64,000 nucleotides of DNA from Verrucomicrobiaceae bacterium (GTDB lineage: Bacteria; Verrucomicrobiota; Verrucomicrobiia; Verrucomicrobiales; Akkermansiaceae): contig JBPOGH010000009.1 in the NCBI GenBank assembly GCA_051252135.1, forward strand, positions 128,001 through 192,000. The letters run 5' to 3'. A model generated the notes under the pieces. That model ran no database searches. It was given only the letters and a program-made list of their open reading frames with translations, and was not told where the DNA came from. Below, one piece after another: positions 27,365 through 37,507 of this stretch. Every line of letters starts with the position of its first letter. The first letter of the stretch is position 1. The translations under genes were made by a program, and so were the position numbers.

Positions 27365-28360
27365 TTAAATCCATCCCCGTTTCCGAAAAATAACCAACAG
27401 GGTCGTTGCGATGGTCGCCATTACGCCAATCAGAATAAAGTAGCCTCCCTTCGCGCCCAACTCCGGGATGTACTCAAAGTTCATCCCATAAATGCCTGCC
27501 AAAAATCCCAAGGGAACAAAGATCGCCGTGATGATCGTTAACACCTTCATGATTTGGTTGAGTCGATGCGAGGACAAGGACAGGTAGCCGTCGATGAGGT
27601 CGGACGCCAATTCATAATAGAGTTGGGTCAAACTACCCGCACGTTCCTGCTGTTCGTAAACATCATTCATTTCGTGCTTTTCCTCGGAGGTGAACCCCGG
27701 GAACCTTTTGCTCCGGAGATCCGCAAGGATCTGTTCGTGATAAATGAAAGTCCTGCGCAGTCTTTTCAGGTCCGTTTTATAACCGGTCAGCTCGGCCAGA
27801 ACGGCATCATCGGTGCGTGAGAGCAATTCCGCTTCGATGTTTTCAAGCTTGGGTTCCAGATTCAGCAGGATGGTGAGAAATCGATCGATGAACAACCTGA
27901 TGATCTTCAACGCCAGCGCGTCGGTTCCCAGCGCGAACCGGGCAGAGTCACCTTGCAGCTCGGTTCTCAAACGGTCGAGGCTGCGACTATTTCCTGACGT
28001 GCGGGTGATCAGGAAGCGCTCACTCACAAACATCGCCATTTGAATCAATGAAAAGTTGGAATCCTTGGAATCCCTTGAAAGCGGTTTAAAAAGCAAAAAG
28101 GTGTGACCTTTGAATTCCTCGATCTTGGGAGGATGGCGATCCCGGTTTGCATCCTGCAGTCCCAGCGGATGAAGCTGGAATCGGGACCGGAGCATCTCAA
28201 ATTCCGAATCACTGAAGGCCCCGTCGAAGTGAACCCATATTCTCGTATCCGGATCCCCCGACCACCGCTCGATCAGCTCTTCCGAACCCTCTTCAATGAC
28301 TGAGGACCTGGGATCAAAAAGCATGCATTTCATATCCTCATAATCTAAGCCTGTCTTCAT
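27365..28360 (-). CDS. corA: CorA-family Mg2+/Co2+ transporter
   Basis: LHPL..D, PKIEE, signature GIYGMNF..IPEL with two C-terminal TM helices. Confidence 0.92.
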   Translation of the reverse strand: MKTGLDYEDMKCMLFDPRSSVIEEGSEELIERWSGDPDTRIWVHFDGAFSDSEFEMLRSRFQLHPLGLQDANRDRHPPKIEEFKGHTFLLFKPLSRDSKDSNFSLIQMAMFVSERFLITRTSGNSRSLDRLRTELQGDSARFALGTDALALKIIRLFIDRFLTILLNLEPKLENIEAELLSRTDDAVLAELTGYKTDLKRLRRTFIYHEQILADLRSKRFPGFTSEEKHEMNDVYEQQERAGSLTQLYYELASDLIDGYLSLSSHRLNQIMKVLTIITAIFVPLGFLAGIYGMNFEYIPELGAKGGYFILIGVMATIATTLLVIFRKRGWI

Positions 28361-28582
28361 GATAGGCGATCTTTAAAAGACGCGAGATGTCGGGCATCCA
28401 CTCATGATCCTGATTTCACTTCTCTCGGATCCCCTCTCAGTCTTTTTCCTGCGAGTGGCGTGAATCTACACAAACTTGGCGGATGCCACCTAGCCGCGGC
28501 GGAAGCCTTAAGGGGATGATTTCGTGAGGCGCACGCGAACCGGGAAAAATAGAATCGTATCGTCTACACGCCGTTCGGTCCC

Positions 28583-29539
28583 ATGAAAATACTCGCTTTC
28601 TTCTTCTTCCTCACGCCGCTTGTCGCAAAGCCCACCCTTTGGATCATCGGTGACTCCACCGTGCGTAATAATACCGCCGGCCAGCAAGGCTGGGGCGACT
28701 CCCTGATAAAGGAATTTGACCCCGCGGAAATCACCGTCGTCAACCGGGCCATTGGAGGTCGTAGCAGCCGCAGCTTCATCACCGAAGGTCGCTGGGACGC
28801 CATTCTTACCAATCTGAAGGAGGGCGATTTCGTCCTCATGCAGTTCGGACATAACGATGGCGGAGAGAGATTCAACGGAGTCCGCCCTCGAGCCAGTATC
28901 AAAGGGACCGGCAACGAAACCGAAATCGGGATCGTCGAAACCACAGGGAAAGAGGTAACCGTTCACTCCTACGGCTGGTATATTCGAAAATACTGTCGGG
29001 ACACCCTCGCAAAAGGAGCCACTCCGATCGTTGCTTCCCTCATCCCCCGCAACATCAGGGGAGATGACGGAAAAATCGCACCCGATACCAAAAGCTACGC
29101 CGTTTGGGCTGAAGTCAGCGCCAAGCAAACCGGAGCTCACTTCATTCCCTTCAACAAGATCCTCGCGGGGGAATTCAACGCCCTCCCCAAAGGTGAGGTC
29201 GATGCCATCTTCTGTGGAACCGACCACACTCATACCAGCAGAAAAGGGGCCGCCTTCAACGCCCGCATACTCGCTTGGGAACTCCGCAAGCTCCCTGATT
29301 GCACAATAGGGGAACACCTCATCGCCTCCCTTTGGTTACCGCATCTCTTTTCCGATCATATGGTGCTCCAGCGAGATTGGACCTTTCGTGACTGGGGTCG
29401 CGTCCATGTCGGGTCTCAAGTTTCAGTTAGACTCGCCAATCAAACGCAATCCACCTCACCAAACACAGGAAGCTTCGTTATGACCAACGCCAGCAACAGC
29501 CAGAAGGGAAATAGCACAGAAGGTGCCCTTTACAATTGA
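28583..29539 (+). CDS. Rhamnogalacturonan acetylesterase-like SGNH esterase fused to a truncated sialate O-acetylesterase N-terminus
   Basis: IIGDSTV, GWG, NRAIGGRSSRSF, QFGHND, DHTH; then LWLPHLFSDHMVLQRD...WG followed by an unrelated-looking tail. Confidence 0.8.
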   Translation: MKILAFFFFLTPLVAKPTLWIIGDSTVRNNTAGQQGWGDSLIKEFDPAEITVVNRAIGGRSSRSFITEGRWDAILTNLKEGDFVLMQFGHNDGGERFNGVRPRASIKGTGNETEIGIVETTGKEVTVHSYGWYIRKYCRDTLAKGATPIVASLIPRNIRGDDGKIAPDTKSYAVWAEVSAKQTGAHFIPFNKILAGEFNALPKGEVDAIFCGTDHTHTSRKGAAFNARILAWELRKLPDCTIGEHLIASLWLPHLFSDHMVLQRDWTFRDWGRVHVGSQVSVRLANQTQSTSPNTGSFVMTNASNSQKGNSTEGALYN

Positions 29540-29594
29540 CCGCCTTCGGTTTCCTCAAGCGCCGCCGGAATTAACTCTTCCTGCTCACCAAACT

Positions 29595-29630
29595 AAAAAG
29601 CCGTTCTTGTTTCACAAGTACGGCTTTTTT
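29595..29630. terminator. Bidirectional intrinsic terminator
   Basis: AAAAAGCCGT...ACGGCTTTTTT between convergent genes. Confidence 0.8.
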
Positions 29631-29667
29631 AATGGATCGAAGAAAACATCCGGGGCTCGATCTAAAA

Positions 29668-31581
29668 CTAGAGGTCCCAAAGATAGGCCTCGAGCGCTGC
29701 GCGATCTTCTTTTGACAGCGCCTTGTAGGCCTCCACCGATCCTTCGGCCTCTCCGCCATGCCAAAGGATCGCCTCGGCGAGACTTCGGGCGCGTCCATCG
29801 TGAAGAAGCTGGATGACGTTCTTATTGGCCGCATCCTGCGTATCCCGATAGGTCACGTGAATATCGCCGGAGCGAAATCTTCCGACCTGATCATCGGCTG
29901 CATGGCGTTTGTTCTTCAGCGCCCAGAGCGGAGCCGTCCGCCATTTTCTTCCAAGAGGGGAGGGGTCTTTGTCCCTCAAGCCTTCACCCATATCATGCAA
30001 CAGCAGATCGGTGAAAGGGTGGATTGTCTGGTTGCTTAACTCGGGGAAGTTCGCCTTGCCGGTGCGCAAAGTTGGCACATGGCATTGCTGGCAGTTGAGA
30101 CTGAGAAAGACGCCCTCGCCACGCACCACATCAGGATGCCCGGGGTTCGTGCGTGGCGGCACACCCAGGAGAGAAACGTAAGCCTCAAGTTCGGCCAACG
30201 CGCTCGGCTCCAGCTCCTGAACGCCCATGTCCTCGCGGAGTGCACTTTGATTCTGGTCGCTTACCGTTGGCTGCTCCGCCTTCCATCCAAATCGACCGAA
30301 TTTTTCTCCAACGCGCCGGGGACTGCCCGTCGACACTTTGGCCAATTCGAGGATCGTTTCGTCGGACACAGCCTCGAGCAAGCCCGCACCGATGATTGCG
30401 GGTGGCGTGCGCGGAGAGATTGCGGTCGCAGGTTTTCCGTCGATGTGAAAAATGGGCTTCGAAAGCTCGACCACCGTTCCATCGGCCAATTTGACCTCAC
30501 GTGTCTCGTAGCGAGCGATGGTAAGAGTCCCTTCGCTGTTATCGCCATCGGTTTGCAGCTGGCTACCGTGTGGTGATGTGGGATCAGTAAGACGGAGAAG
30601 GGTGGTGTGGATGGGTTTTCCCAAAGCCGGCAAAAGAGCCCCCGCGTTGTGCACGTGGCAGCTGTTGCACGAAACCGTGTTGTAAGCGCTCCCGGCGAGG
30701 CCCTTCCGCGCAGCCTGCATCTCGTCGAAAAAAATCGAAGGCTTGTCGTCCGATGGGTCGCTTAGGTGCTTGCCGCTCACCATGTCGGTATGGAACCACG
30801 CCCGTCCGCTGAGGAAAGCTTGCGCGTTCTCTGGTTTGAGATTGAGAGCGTGCTGTTGCAGGGCGGCCCAAGGCTCGACCCGGACGGTGGGAATGGTGGT
30901 CCTCCCGCCCGCGTAGCGCTTCGGGGATGCGACTTCTTGAGGGGATTCGAAGTTGTCGATAAGAAGTCCGGGTTCGCCGATCTTGATTCGAAAGAACTCG
31001 GAGTAATAGGCAAAGAGGTTATGCGGGTTGTGCTTCTTTTGCTTGGCCCACCCGGGATGGGTCTCACTGTTAAAGAATCGGAATTCAAAAGTGAGCTGCT
31101 TACCAACGATAAGGTCCTCCGGATTCTGGTGAAAGGAGAGTAAGCCCAACTCTTGCTCGAAATGAGTGAAGCCATCCACGTGTTTCATCCGCGTGTTGAT
31201 CTTAAACTTGCTGCGCCCCGTTTCATCGCCCAGCGGGTCGCCTTTATAGACTGCCGAAAAATCGGTTCCGCGGGTGGGAATGTAGTCCTGCGGCCATTCG
31301 GTGCGCAGCGTGAAGACCAACTTCTTTTCACCCCGCGGAGTGTAGTCCTCCACCTTAAACCAAGCGCGCCGGCCCTCCCAGTAGAACGGATTGTATTTCG
31401 AGAAATCCATGTCGTTCTCATGCCGCCGCCGCACTCGAATCACCCCCTCGGTCACCGCAACCCCATCAACCATCCGCGCATTCACGCGCTCGCCAATCTC
31501 GTCGCCTGTGGCACCAGACGCCAATAAGGATAAACCCAGCGAAACCAGAAGAGCCGTAAGAATGTGCGCAGCAAAACCCAT
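29668..31581 (-). CDS. Di-heme oxidoreductase family (DUF1111-like) secreted protein
   Basis: CNSCH and CQQCH; SPRTPPAIIGAGLLEA, GRFGWKA, FTDLLLHDMG, WRTAPLW, LHDGRARSLAEAILWHGGEA. Confidence 0.9.
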   Translation of the reverse strand: MGFAAHILTALLVSLGLSLLASGATGDEIGERVNARMVDGVAVTEGVIRVRRRHENDMDFSKYNPFYWEGRRAWFKVEDYTPRGEKKLVFTLRTEWPQDYIPTRGTDFSAVYKGDPLGDETGRSKFKINTRMKHVDGFTHFEQELGLLSFHQNPEDLIVGKQLTFEFRFFNSETHPGWAKQKKHNPHNLFAYYSEFFRIKIGEPGLLIDNFESPQEVASPKRYAGGRTTIPTVRVEPWAALQQHALNLKPENAQAFLSGRAWFHTDMVSGKHLSDPSDDKPSIFFDEMQAARKGLAGSAYNTVSCNSCHVHNAGALLPALGKPIHTTLLRLTDPTSPHGSQLQTDGDNSEGTLTIARYETREVKLADGTVVELSKPIFHIDGKPATAISPRTPPAIIGAGLLEAVSDETILELAKVSTGSPRRVGEKFGRFGWKAEQPTVSDQNQSALREDMGVQELEPSALAELEAYVSLLGVPPRTNPGHPDVVRGEGVFLSLNCQQCHVPTLRTGKANFPELSNQTIHPFTDLLLHDMGEGLRDKDPSPLGRKWRTAPLWALKNKRHAADDQVGRFRSGDIHVTYRDTQDAANKNVIQLLHDGRARSLAEAILWHGGEAEGSVEAYKALSKEDRAALEAYLWDL

Positions 31582-31663
31582 TGCATTAAATTGCAGTTCC
31601 GTGACGACTTTTGCAACCCCAGAGTGGGGGAGTCGTAGCACCGAAGAGGTGATCGCCCCATCC

Positions 31664-33634
31664 TCACTCCATCAGCTCCTCCAGCGGAAACCTCAGAAAG
31701 AACAACTCGGTCTCTCCCTCGTAAAGCACCCCCACGTGATCCTCTCCAATCGGAGCCAGACACGAATACCCGTTCCCCGATCGCGCATCATAAAGCGTGT
31801 GCCATTTCTCCGGCCAAGTCATCCCGTCGTCTTCCGAAATCTTAATCGTCAGATGGTAGCGCCCCCTCCGCGTGTTCGGATTCGAAAAGATCAATCGATC
31901 TCCCATCCGCAGCAAGCTCGCCATGCACACCGGCTCATCCAGCGCCTTCCGATCCGTCGCGTGCATCGTCCAGGTTTCCCCAAAATCCTTCGTCACCCCA
32001 ACCGTGCGCGACCCGCCACGGTTGTCCCGACAGTTCAACATCAGCGAGCCATCCTTCAGCTCCACCACCTGGGCCTCCGTCGTATTCGACTTAATCCCCG
32101 TGCCGACCTTCCACGTTTCCCCCCGATCTTTGCTGTAGAGAATCGTTGAAAATGGCGTTCCCTTTTTGCGCCCATCCGGATGCTTGTCACCATCCTGATA
32201 CTGCGCCGCAAACACCAGCGTGCCATCCTTCATCGTGATTCCCGCCCCCGGACCCTGCAGTAAAAAATGCCACTCCGGCTTCTTCACCTGCTCCGTGATA
32301 TTGCGCGGCTTGGACCAACTCACCCCATCGTCATCACTCCACACCAGCATGAGCTGCCCCGTCTCCTCCGGCGTCATCCCTTGTCCCGACCCATGCCATG
32401 ACCGGTCCCCGTGACTCCAGGTCCCCACCACCCAAATGCGACCGCTCTTCGCATCCACCAGGATCGCCGGATCACCCACGCCATCGTAGCGCCACTTCGG
32501 ATCATCCCCCATATCCATGATCACCTTCATTGCCTCCCAGGTTTGCCCGCCATCCGTGCTCCGACTCATCCCCACATCAATATCCCCCGGTAAATCCCCA
32601 CCGCTCCGATACCGCACATCATAAACTCCAATCAAGGTTCCCGCATTCGTCGTCGCCAGCCCCGGAATTCGAAACCCCTTCGACCCATCATCCCCGTGCA
32701 TTCGCAAGCCAACCCCAATCCGCTGCGCACCCTTTGGCGATATCACCTCAGGCACCACCAACGCACCACCAATCTTCACCCCCAACACCCGCGCATCCAC
32801 CACCCCATCCAAACTCGCCCCCTCGTTCAGTTCCAGCGACACCCAAAAGTAATTCTTCCCCCGCGCCAGAGTCTCTTCACCTTCACAGACCCAAGAACCC
32901 CCAACCCTCTTCGCCTCTCCAAAAACGACCCCCTTACCCGGCCTCATCACATCACCTCCAAATAACACCCGCACCGCCTTCACCGAATCCAAATTAGTCG
33001 TCCCCTCCAGATCCAGCTTCACAGTCGTCACCGCTTTCGCCTCACCACGCCCTTTTGTCACCACCTTCAACCCCACCACCGGATTGTCCTTCTTCCGCAT
33101 CAACACCGGAATCACCGGCTGAATCGTCGTCACTTGCTCCACCACCATCGGTTGGACTTTCTCAATGACCACATCATCCAACATCACCCCGGACTTCTCA
33201 GGCGACGTCGCCCGGAACCTCAAGTTCTCCGCTCCCTTAGGCAACACCACTCCGACCTCTGTCAAAAAACCACCCACCCGGATCACCTTGTCCCCATTGA
33301 AAATTTCCTCCCACTGCCCATCTACCTCAGCCTCTATCCGGAGCTCAAACGGTCCCCGACTCGTCCACCGCTCCGCCCAAAACGACAACAACTTCCCACC
33401 CGCATTCTCTTTCAAGGCCAACTTCACCTCACGCTTCACCCCACCCAAAATCCGCAATGACCGCTTCCCGCTCTTCGCATGCCCCTCATGAATCGCCACA
33501 TGCCCGTTCTCCGCCGACCATTCCCCAAGCTCACTCGGCTGTCTCTCAAAGACCCGCACCTTCATCCCCTCGAAACCTTCGCCAAAACCAGCGAAAGTCC
33601 CCGCCACAAAAAACAAACTCATCAATCGCTTCAT
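31664..33634 (-). CDS. nanH: Exo-alpha-sialidase (GH33) with N-terminal accessory domains
   Basis: FRIP motif; Asp-boxes STDGGQTW, SDDDGVSW, SKDRGETW, TKDFGETW, SEDDGMTW; GYS and LYE near the C-terminus. Confidence 0.93.
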   Translation of the reverse strand: MKRLMSLFFVAGTFAGFGEGFEGMKVRVFERQPSELGEWSAENGHVAIHEGHAKSGKRSLRILGGVKREVKLALKENAGGKLLSFWAERWTSRGPFELRIEAEVDGQWEEIFNGDKVIRVGGFLTEVGVVLPKGAENLRFRATSPEKSGVMLDDVVIEKVQPMVVEQVTTIQPVIPVLMRKKDNPVVGLKVVTKGRGEAKAVTTVKLDLEGTTNLDSVKAVRVLFGGDVMRPGKGVVFGEAKRVGGSWVCEGEETLARGKNYFWVSLELNEGASLDGVVDARVLGVKIGGALVVPEVISPKGAQRIGVGLRMHGDDGSKGFRIPGLATTNAGTLIGVYDVRYRSGGDLPGDIDVGMSRSTDGGQTWEAMKVIMDMGDDPKWRYDGVGDPAILVDAKSGRIWVVGTWSHGDRSWHGSGQGMTPEETGQLMLVWSDDDGVSWSKPRNITEQVKKPEWHFLLQGPGAGITMKDGTLVFAAQYQDGDKHPDGRKKGTPFSTILYSKDRGETWKVGTGIKSNTTEAQVVELKDGSLMLNCRDNRGGSRTVGVTKDFGETWTMHATDRKALDEPVCMASLLRMGDRLIFSNPNTRRGRYHLTIKISEDDGMTWPEKWHTLYDARSGNGYSCLAPIGEDHVGVLYEGETELFFLRFPLEELME

Positions 33635-33686
33635 CACTCCAAAGGGTGACGTCTCATTCACCACCTGCATTTCACTTTATCTGGTC

Positions 33687-34877
33687 TTATTTTCCAACCA
33701 TCGACTCCAACAGCTGCCAGCAATACCACTGCATCCGCGGCAGATGAAAGGGGCCTTTAAAATGATTCCCCTTCACCGTCGATGAAAGCCGCCCGTCCCG
33801 ATGAAAATACCCAAACCATTCCCCATGCTCATGGTCTGGAAAGGTATCATGCGCATACTCATGAATCAGGCGATGCCACTTCGCATATTTCTCATCTCCC
33901 GTCAGTTGATACGCCAGCAACGTCGCAATAATCGCCTCACACTGCGGCCACCAGAATTTCATATCGTGCCAATATTCCTGCACCGGCTTCCCGTGAACAT
34001 CCCGGAAATAAAGAATCCCGCCATGTTCCTCATCCCAACCCCACTTCCACATATAATCCAACATCCGACACCCCAACTCCACGAGCTCGGCATCACCACC
34101 ACGACGCTTCGCTTCATCCAGAATAAACCACGCGCCCTCAATCGCATGCCCCGGATTCAACGTCCGGGCATCAAAGTGATCCACCACCTCACCATCCATC
34201 CCAATCTGCTCCATGACACACTCAATGTCATCCTTCACGAACTCCCGAATCTCATCAATAAACTCGCCAATTTTTCGCTCCGCCAGCGCACACCCGCCAT
34301 TCGCCACGAGCACCTGGGCCACCTGTAAAAAAATCATCGGCACCCCGATCCCCTTCAACTCCCGCTCGCCCGTCCACTTCGGATCGCCCGCCGAAACACG
34401 CCCCTCCGCATAGTCCATGCACTTCGCAAAAAGCCCCCGCGCCTCCTCAATCCAAGCCTCTTCCCCCGACGCCTTCCCATAAGCCGCAAAGGCCATCACC
34501 GCAAAAGCCTCGGAGAAATAATACCGCCGCTTCCGCAACGGCTTTCCCTCACGCGTCACCAGAAAAAACATCCGCCCATCTTCATCAAAGCAATGAGCCT
34601 TCAAAAACTCCACCCCGCTCTTCGCCGCCTCCAACCACTCGGGTCGCTTTTCCACGGTGTTGTAGAGCGTCGATAACATCCACGCAAAACGCCCCTGCAG
34701 CCACACCGACTTATCGTCATCAATCAAACTCCCATCCCGATCCCGCATCGATAAATATCCACCGAATTCCTCGTCGACGATATCAGGCATCCAAAACTCC
34801 AAAGTATCGTCGAGCAAACTCGAGCGATAAAAATCCCGCAACCCCTCCAACTCATCTTTCGAATATCCACTCATCAT
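33687..34877 (-). CDS. N-acylglucosamine 2-epimerase (AGE family)
   Basis: KSVWLQGR, NPGHAIEGAWF, KFWWPQCE, KGPFHLPR; lies in the nan operon. Confidence 0.92.
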   Translation of the reverse strand: MMSGYSKDELEGLRDFYRSSLLDDTLEFWMPDIVDEEFGGYLSMRDRDGSLIDDDKSVWLQGRFAWMLSTLYNTVEKRPEWLEAAKSGVEFLKAHCFDEDGRMFFLVTREGKPLRKRRYYFSEAFAVMAFAAYGKASGEEAWIEEARGLFAKCMDYAEGRVSAGDPKWTGERELKGIGVPMIFLQVAQVLVANGGCALAERKIGEFIDEIREFVKDDIECVMEQIGMDGEVVDHFDARTLNPGHAIEGAWFILDEAKRRGGDAELVELGCRMLDYMWKWGWDEEHGGILYFRDVHGKPVQEYWHDMKFWWPQCEAIIATLLAYQLTGDEKYAKWHRLIHEYAHDTFPDHEHGEWFGYFHRDGRLSSTVKGNHFKGPFHLPRMQWYCWQLLESMVGK

Positions 34878-37507
34878 TTCTTCTGTGTCCAAATCGTCAA
34901 CCCAGCCACTTCTTCATCAGTCGCGCGCAGGAAAAATCCCAGAATAACCCCCATCAGTAAGGTCGAAAAGAATCCAACCGCGCCATAGAGCAATGGCATA
35001 AGATCAATCACTCCGGCTTCATTCATGAAATAAACTGAAATCACCGAAACCACTCCGAAAATAAGCGCAAGTAAACCAGCCTTCCCATTTGGTCTCCGTG
35101 AAAAAATCCCCAGCGCAAACAAGCCACCCAGCGGCCCCAGCGCAAATCCGATGAAGCGATTGAACAGCATAAACACCTCGTCCGTTTTGATCATCGCGAG
35201 ATAGCTCGACACCCCGATTCCCACGAAACCCAAAACAATGACCACCTTCTTTGCGACACCGAGCCTCTGGTCATCGGAACTCTCTGGTTTCAAAATCCGC
35301 CCGTAAACATCCGTTACAAATGCTGTCGCCACCGAGTTGAGGGAACTCGAAATCGTCGACTGCGCCGCCGCAAACACCCCCGCGATAATCAACCCCGCCA
35401 CGCCCATCGGCAGATTCTGCATAATGAAAAAGGGCAGGACACTGTCCTTCGCCGGTAAGCCTGGATCCATTAACTCAGGCTTCTCTTGGTAAAAGACAAA
35501 GAGCGCCGTCCCCAAGCCAAAGAAGATCGCCGACCCCACCAGCACCATTCCAATATTCATCCACAAGGATTTGGCAGCTTCCTTCTCTGAAGGGGTGGTC
35601 ACATATCGCTGCACCACATCCTGCCCCGAAGTGTATGATGGTAAATTCGCCATCATGAACGCCACGAATAACACAAAGCCCGAGGTCGATCCCTTCCCAA
35701 TCGAAAGGTCACCAAAATCCCAACTCGCCGTGATTCCTTTCCCTTGCTCACTCATCGCTGAGCCAATTGCGCCAAGCCCTCCATCCACTTGCGACACCAC
35801 CAGCCCGAAACAAAGCAAAGCTCCACCGATCAAGACCAGTGCCTGAATCGCATCCGTCCAAACCACCGCTTCAATTCCACCCATCACGGTGTAAATCACG
35901 CATAACACCCCAATCACCGCGATCGCGGCAAAGATGTCGATGTCCGTCACGCTCGAAAGAGCCAGCGCGGGTAAATAAAGCACAATCGCCACCCGTCCGA
36001 CATGGAACAACATGAAGGTCACACTTCCTATCACTCGCGTCGCTACATTGAACCTCTTCTCCAGATATTCATAAGCCGTCGTAATGTTGAGGCGCCGATA
36101 AAAGGGGAGGTAGCACATCACCACGAGGGGAACGATAATCAGAATCGGCCACTGTCCGATATATCCGTTCCAGTTCGTCGCATAGGCCGTTCCCGGGACC
36201 GCCATGAAGGTAATCGCCGAGAGCATTGTTGCGAAGATCGACAAGCCAGCCACCCAAAATGGCACCTTCTGCCCGCCTCGAAAGTAAGCCTCCGTCGAAG
36301 AAGCTGCCTCCTTCTTCATAAACCAATAACCAATCGCCACCATCCCCAGCAGGTAGGCCACCACCACCACCCAGTTCACTACCCCGAAGCTCAACTTTGT
36401 CCCGCCCATCTCAGCGATCAGAACCTGAGGTGATCTCACGCCTGGCTTAATCTCACCCGTCGGCAAAATGACCTTCCCATTCCAAAAAACCACCGGGGTC
36501 GTCACCGGCGCAAGAGCCCCCTCCATTGGAAAACTACCCGCGTCCGCCCAGCGGTCCGTCACCGTATTATAGGACAATACCGAACCCGGAAAACCCGGAT
36601 GATCCATCCCTTGACCGTTCAACTCAGGCCGCGCCGCGATCTGTTCCTTTAAAAAGTCCACCGTCACTCCGCCCAACATCAATAACGAACTCGCCCCCAC
36701 CGGCACCGCCATCGATGGAGCCGCCGATCGCGACTCGGGCAAATCCGCCAAGCGCTTCCACGTTCCCGAAGCCGCCTCCAGCTCCCAACAATCGCTCAAC
36801 CAATCCATCCCAAAAATCCGACCCTCTTCCTCCTCCTCCGAATCCGCAAAATCACGCCCCCCAAAAAGATAAAACTTCCCACCACGCACCCCCGCCACCG
36901 GATACATTCGACCTCGTGCTCCATCGGGCCACCCGAGAGGTTTCCATTCAGAGGCTGCGGCAGGATATTGTTGTAAGCGATAAAGCTTTTTCAAAGTCAC
37001 CTTTCCATCCGTCCCCGCCCCAACCAGAAGATGACCATCCACCATCGCCGCGACGCCCTCCGCCATTGGCTCAGGCAGAGACATCACCTTGCTGAAAACA
37101 ATCTTCCCTTCGGTCATTTCTACCGACCAAGAAGAACTGGAAACACCCGCGTCATTCTTCCCGCCCATGAACCAGAAACTTCCATCCTCAAGATTCACCG
37201 ACATCCCATACCCCATCTTCACCGGAAGCTTCACCTCCGCCTTCCGCCACTCTCCACCCTCCTTCAGCGGCAGCACAAAGACATCATCGTAATAAATCTT
37301 CGCCCCACCTTCCCAGGGTCGCCCCTTCGGAAAATTCGCTCCACCTGCCACCACCAAAAAATCCTCATCACCCTCCTTCACCACCCCCGAATAAACACCC
37401 GCAAAGCCCTCCCGATCCGGAAGATCAGGAAGACGCTCCCACTCCAGCGTCGCCCATAAAGTAGGGATCGCCAGCAGCCAGACCACAAGCGAGCCCGCCC
37501 ACCTCAT
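34874..37507 (-). CDS. Fusion of NanM-like Kelch mutarotase and sodium:solute symporter (SiaT-like sialic acid transporter)
   Basis: N-terminal AGGANFP...GGAKIYYD...GEIKPGVRSP (NanM-like); C-terminal SIFATMLSAITFMAVPG, GGIEAVVWTD, QDVVQRY, AAAQSTISSSLNS (SSS). Confidence 0.9.
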   Translation of the reverse strand: MRWAGSLVVWLLAIPTLWATLEWERLPDLPDREGFAGVYSGVVKEGDEDFLVVAGGANFPKGRPWEGGAKIYYDDVFVLPLKEGGEWRKAEVKLPVKMGYGMSVNLEDGSFWFMGGKNDAGVSSSSWSVEMTEGKIVFSKVMSLPEPMAEGVAAMVDGHLLVGAGTDGKVTLKKLYRLQQYPAAASEWKPLGWPDGARGRMYPVAGVRGGKFYLFGGRDFADSEEEEEGRIFGMDWLSDCWELEAASGTWKRLADLPESRSAAPSMAVPVGASSLLMLGGVTVDFLKEQIAARPELNGQGMDHPGFPGSVLSYNTVTDRWADAGSFPMEGALAPVTTPVVFWNGKVILPTGEIKPGVRSPQVLIAEMGGTKLSFGVVNWVVVVAYLLGMVAIGYWFMKKEAASSTEAYFRGGQKVPFWVAGLSIFATMLSAITFMAVPGTAYATNWNGYIGQWPILIIVPLVVMCYLPFYRRLNITTAYEYLEKRFNVATRVIGSVTFMLFHVGRVAIVLYLPALALSSVTDIDIFAAIAVIGVLCVIYTVMGGIEAVVWTDAIQALVLIGGALLCFGLVVSQVDGGLGAIGSAMSEQGKGITASWDFGDLSIGKGSTSGFVLFVAFMMANLPSYTSGQDVVQRYVTTPSEKEAAKSLWMNIGMVLVGSAIFFGLGTALFVFYQEKPELMDPGLPAKDSVLPFFIMQNLPMGVAGLIIAGVFAAAQSTISSSLNSVATAFVTDVYGRILKPESSDDQRLGVAKKVVIVLGFVGIGVSSYLAMIKTDEVFMLFNRFIGFALGPLGGLFALGIFSRRPNGKAGLLALIFGVVSVISVYFMNEAGVIDLMPLLYGAVGFFSTLLMGVILGFFLRATDEEVAGLTIWTQKK

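Noticed and set aside
28361..28582. Possible Mg2+ riboswitch upstream of corA
   Set aside because: No M-box consensus recognisable by eye; an Rfam scan would be needed to exclude it fully.
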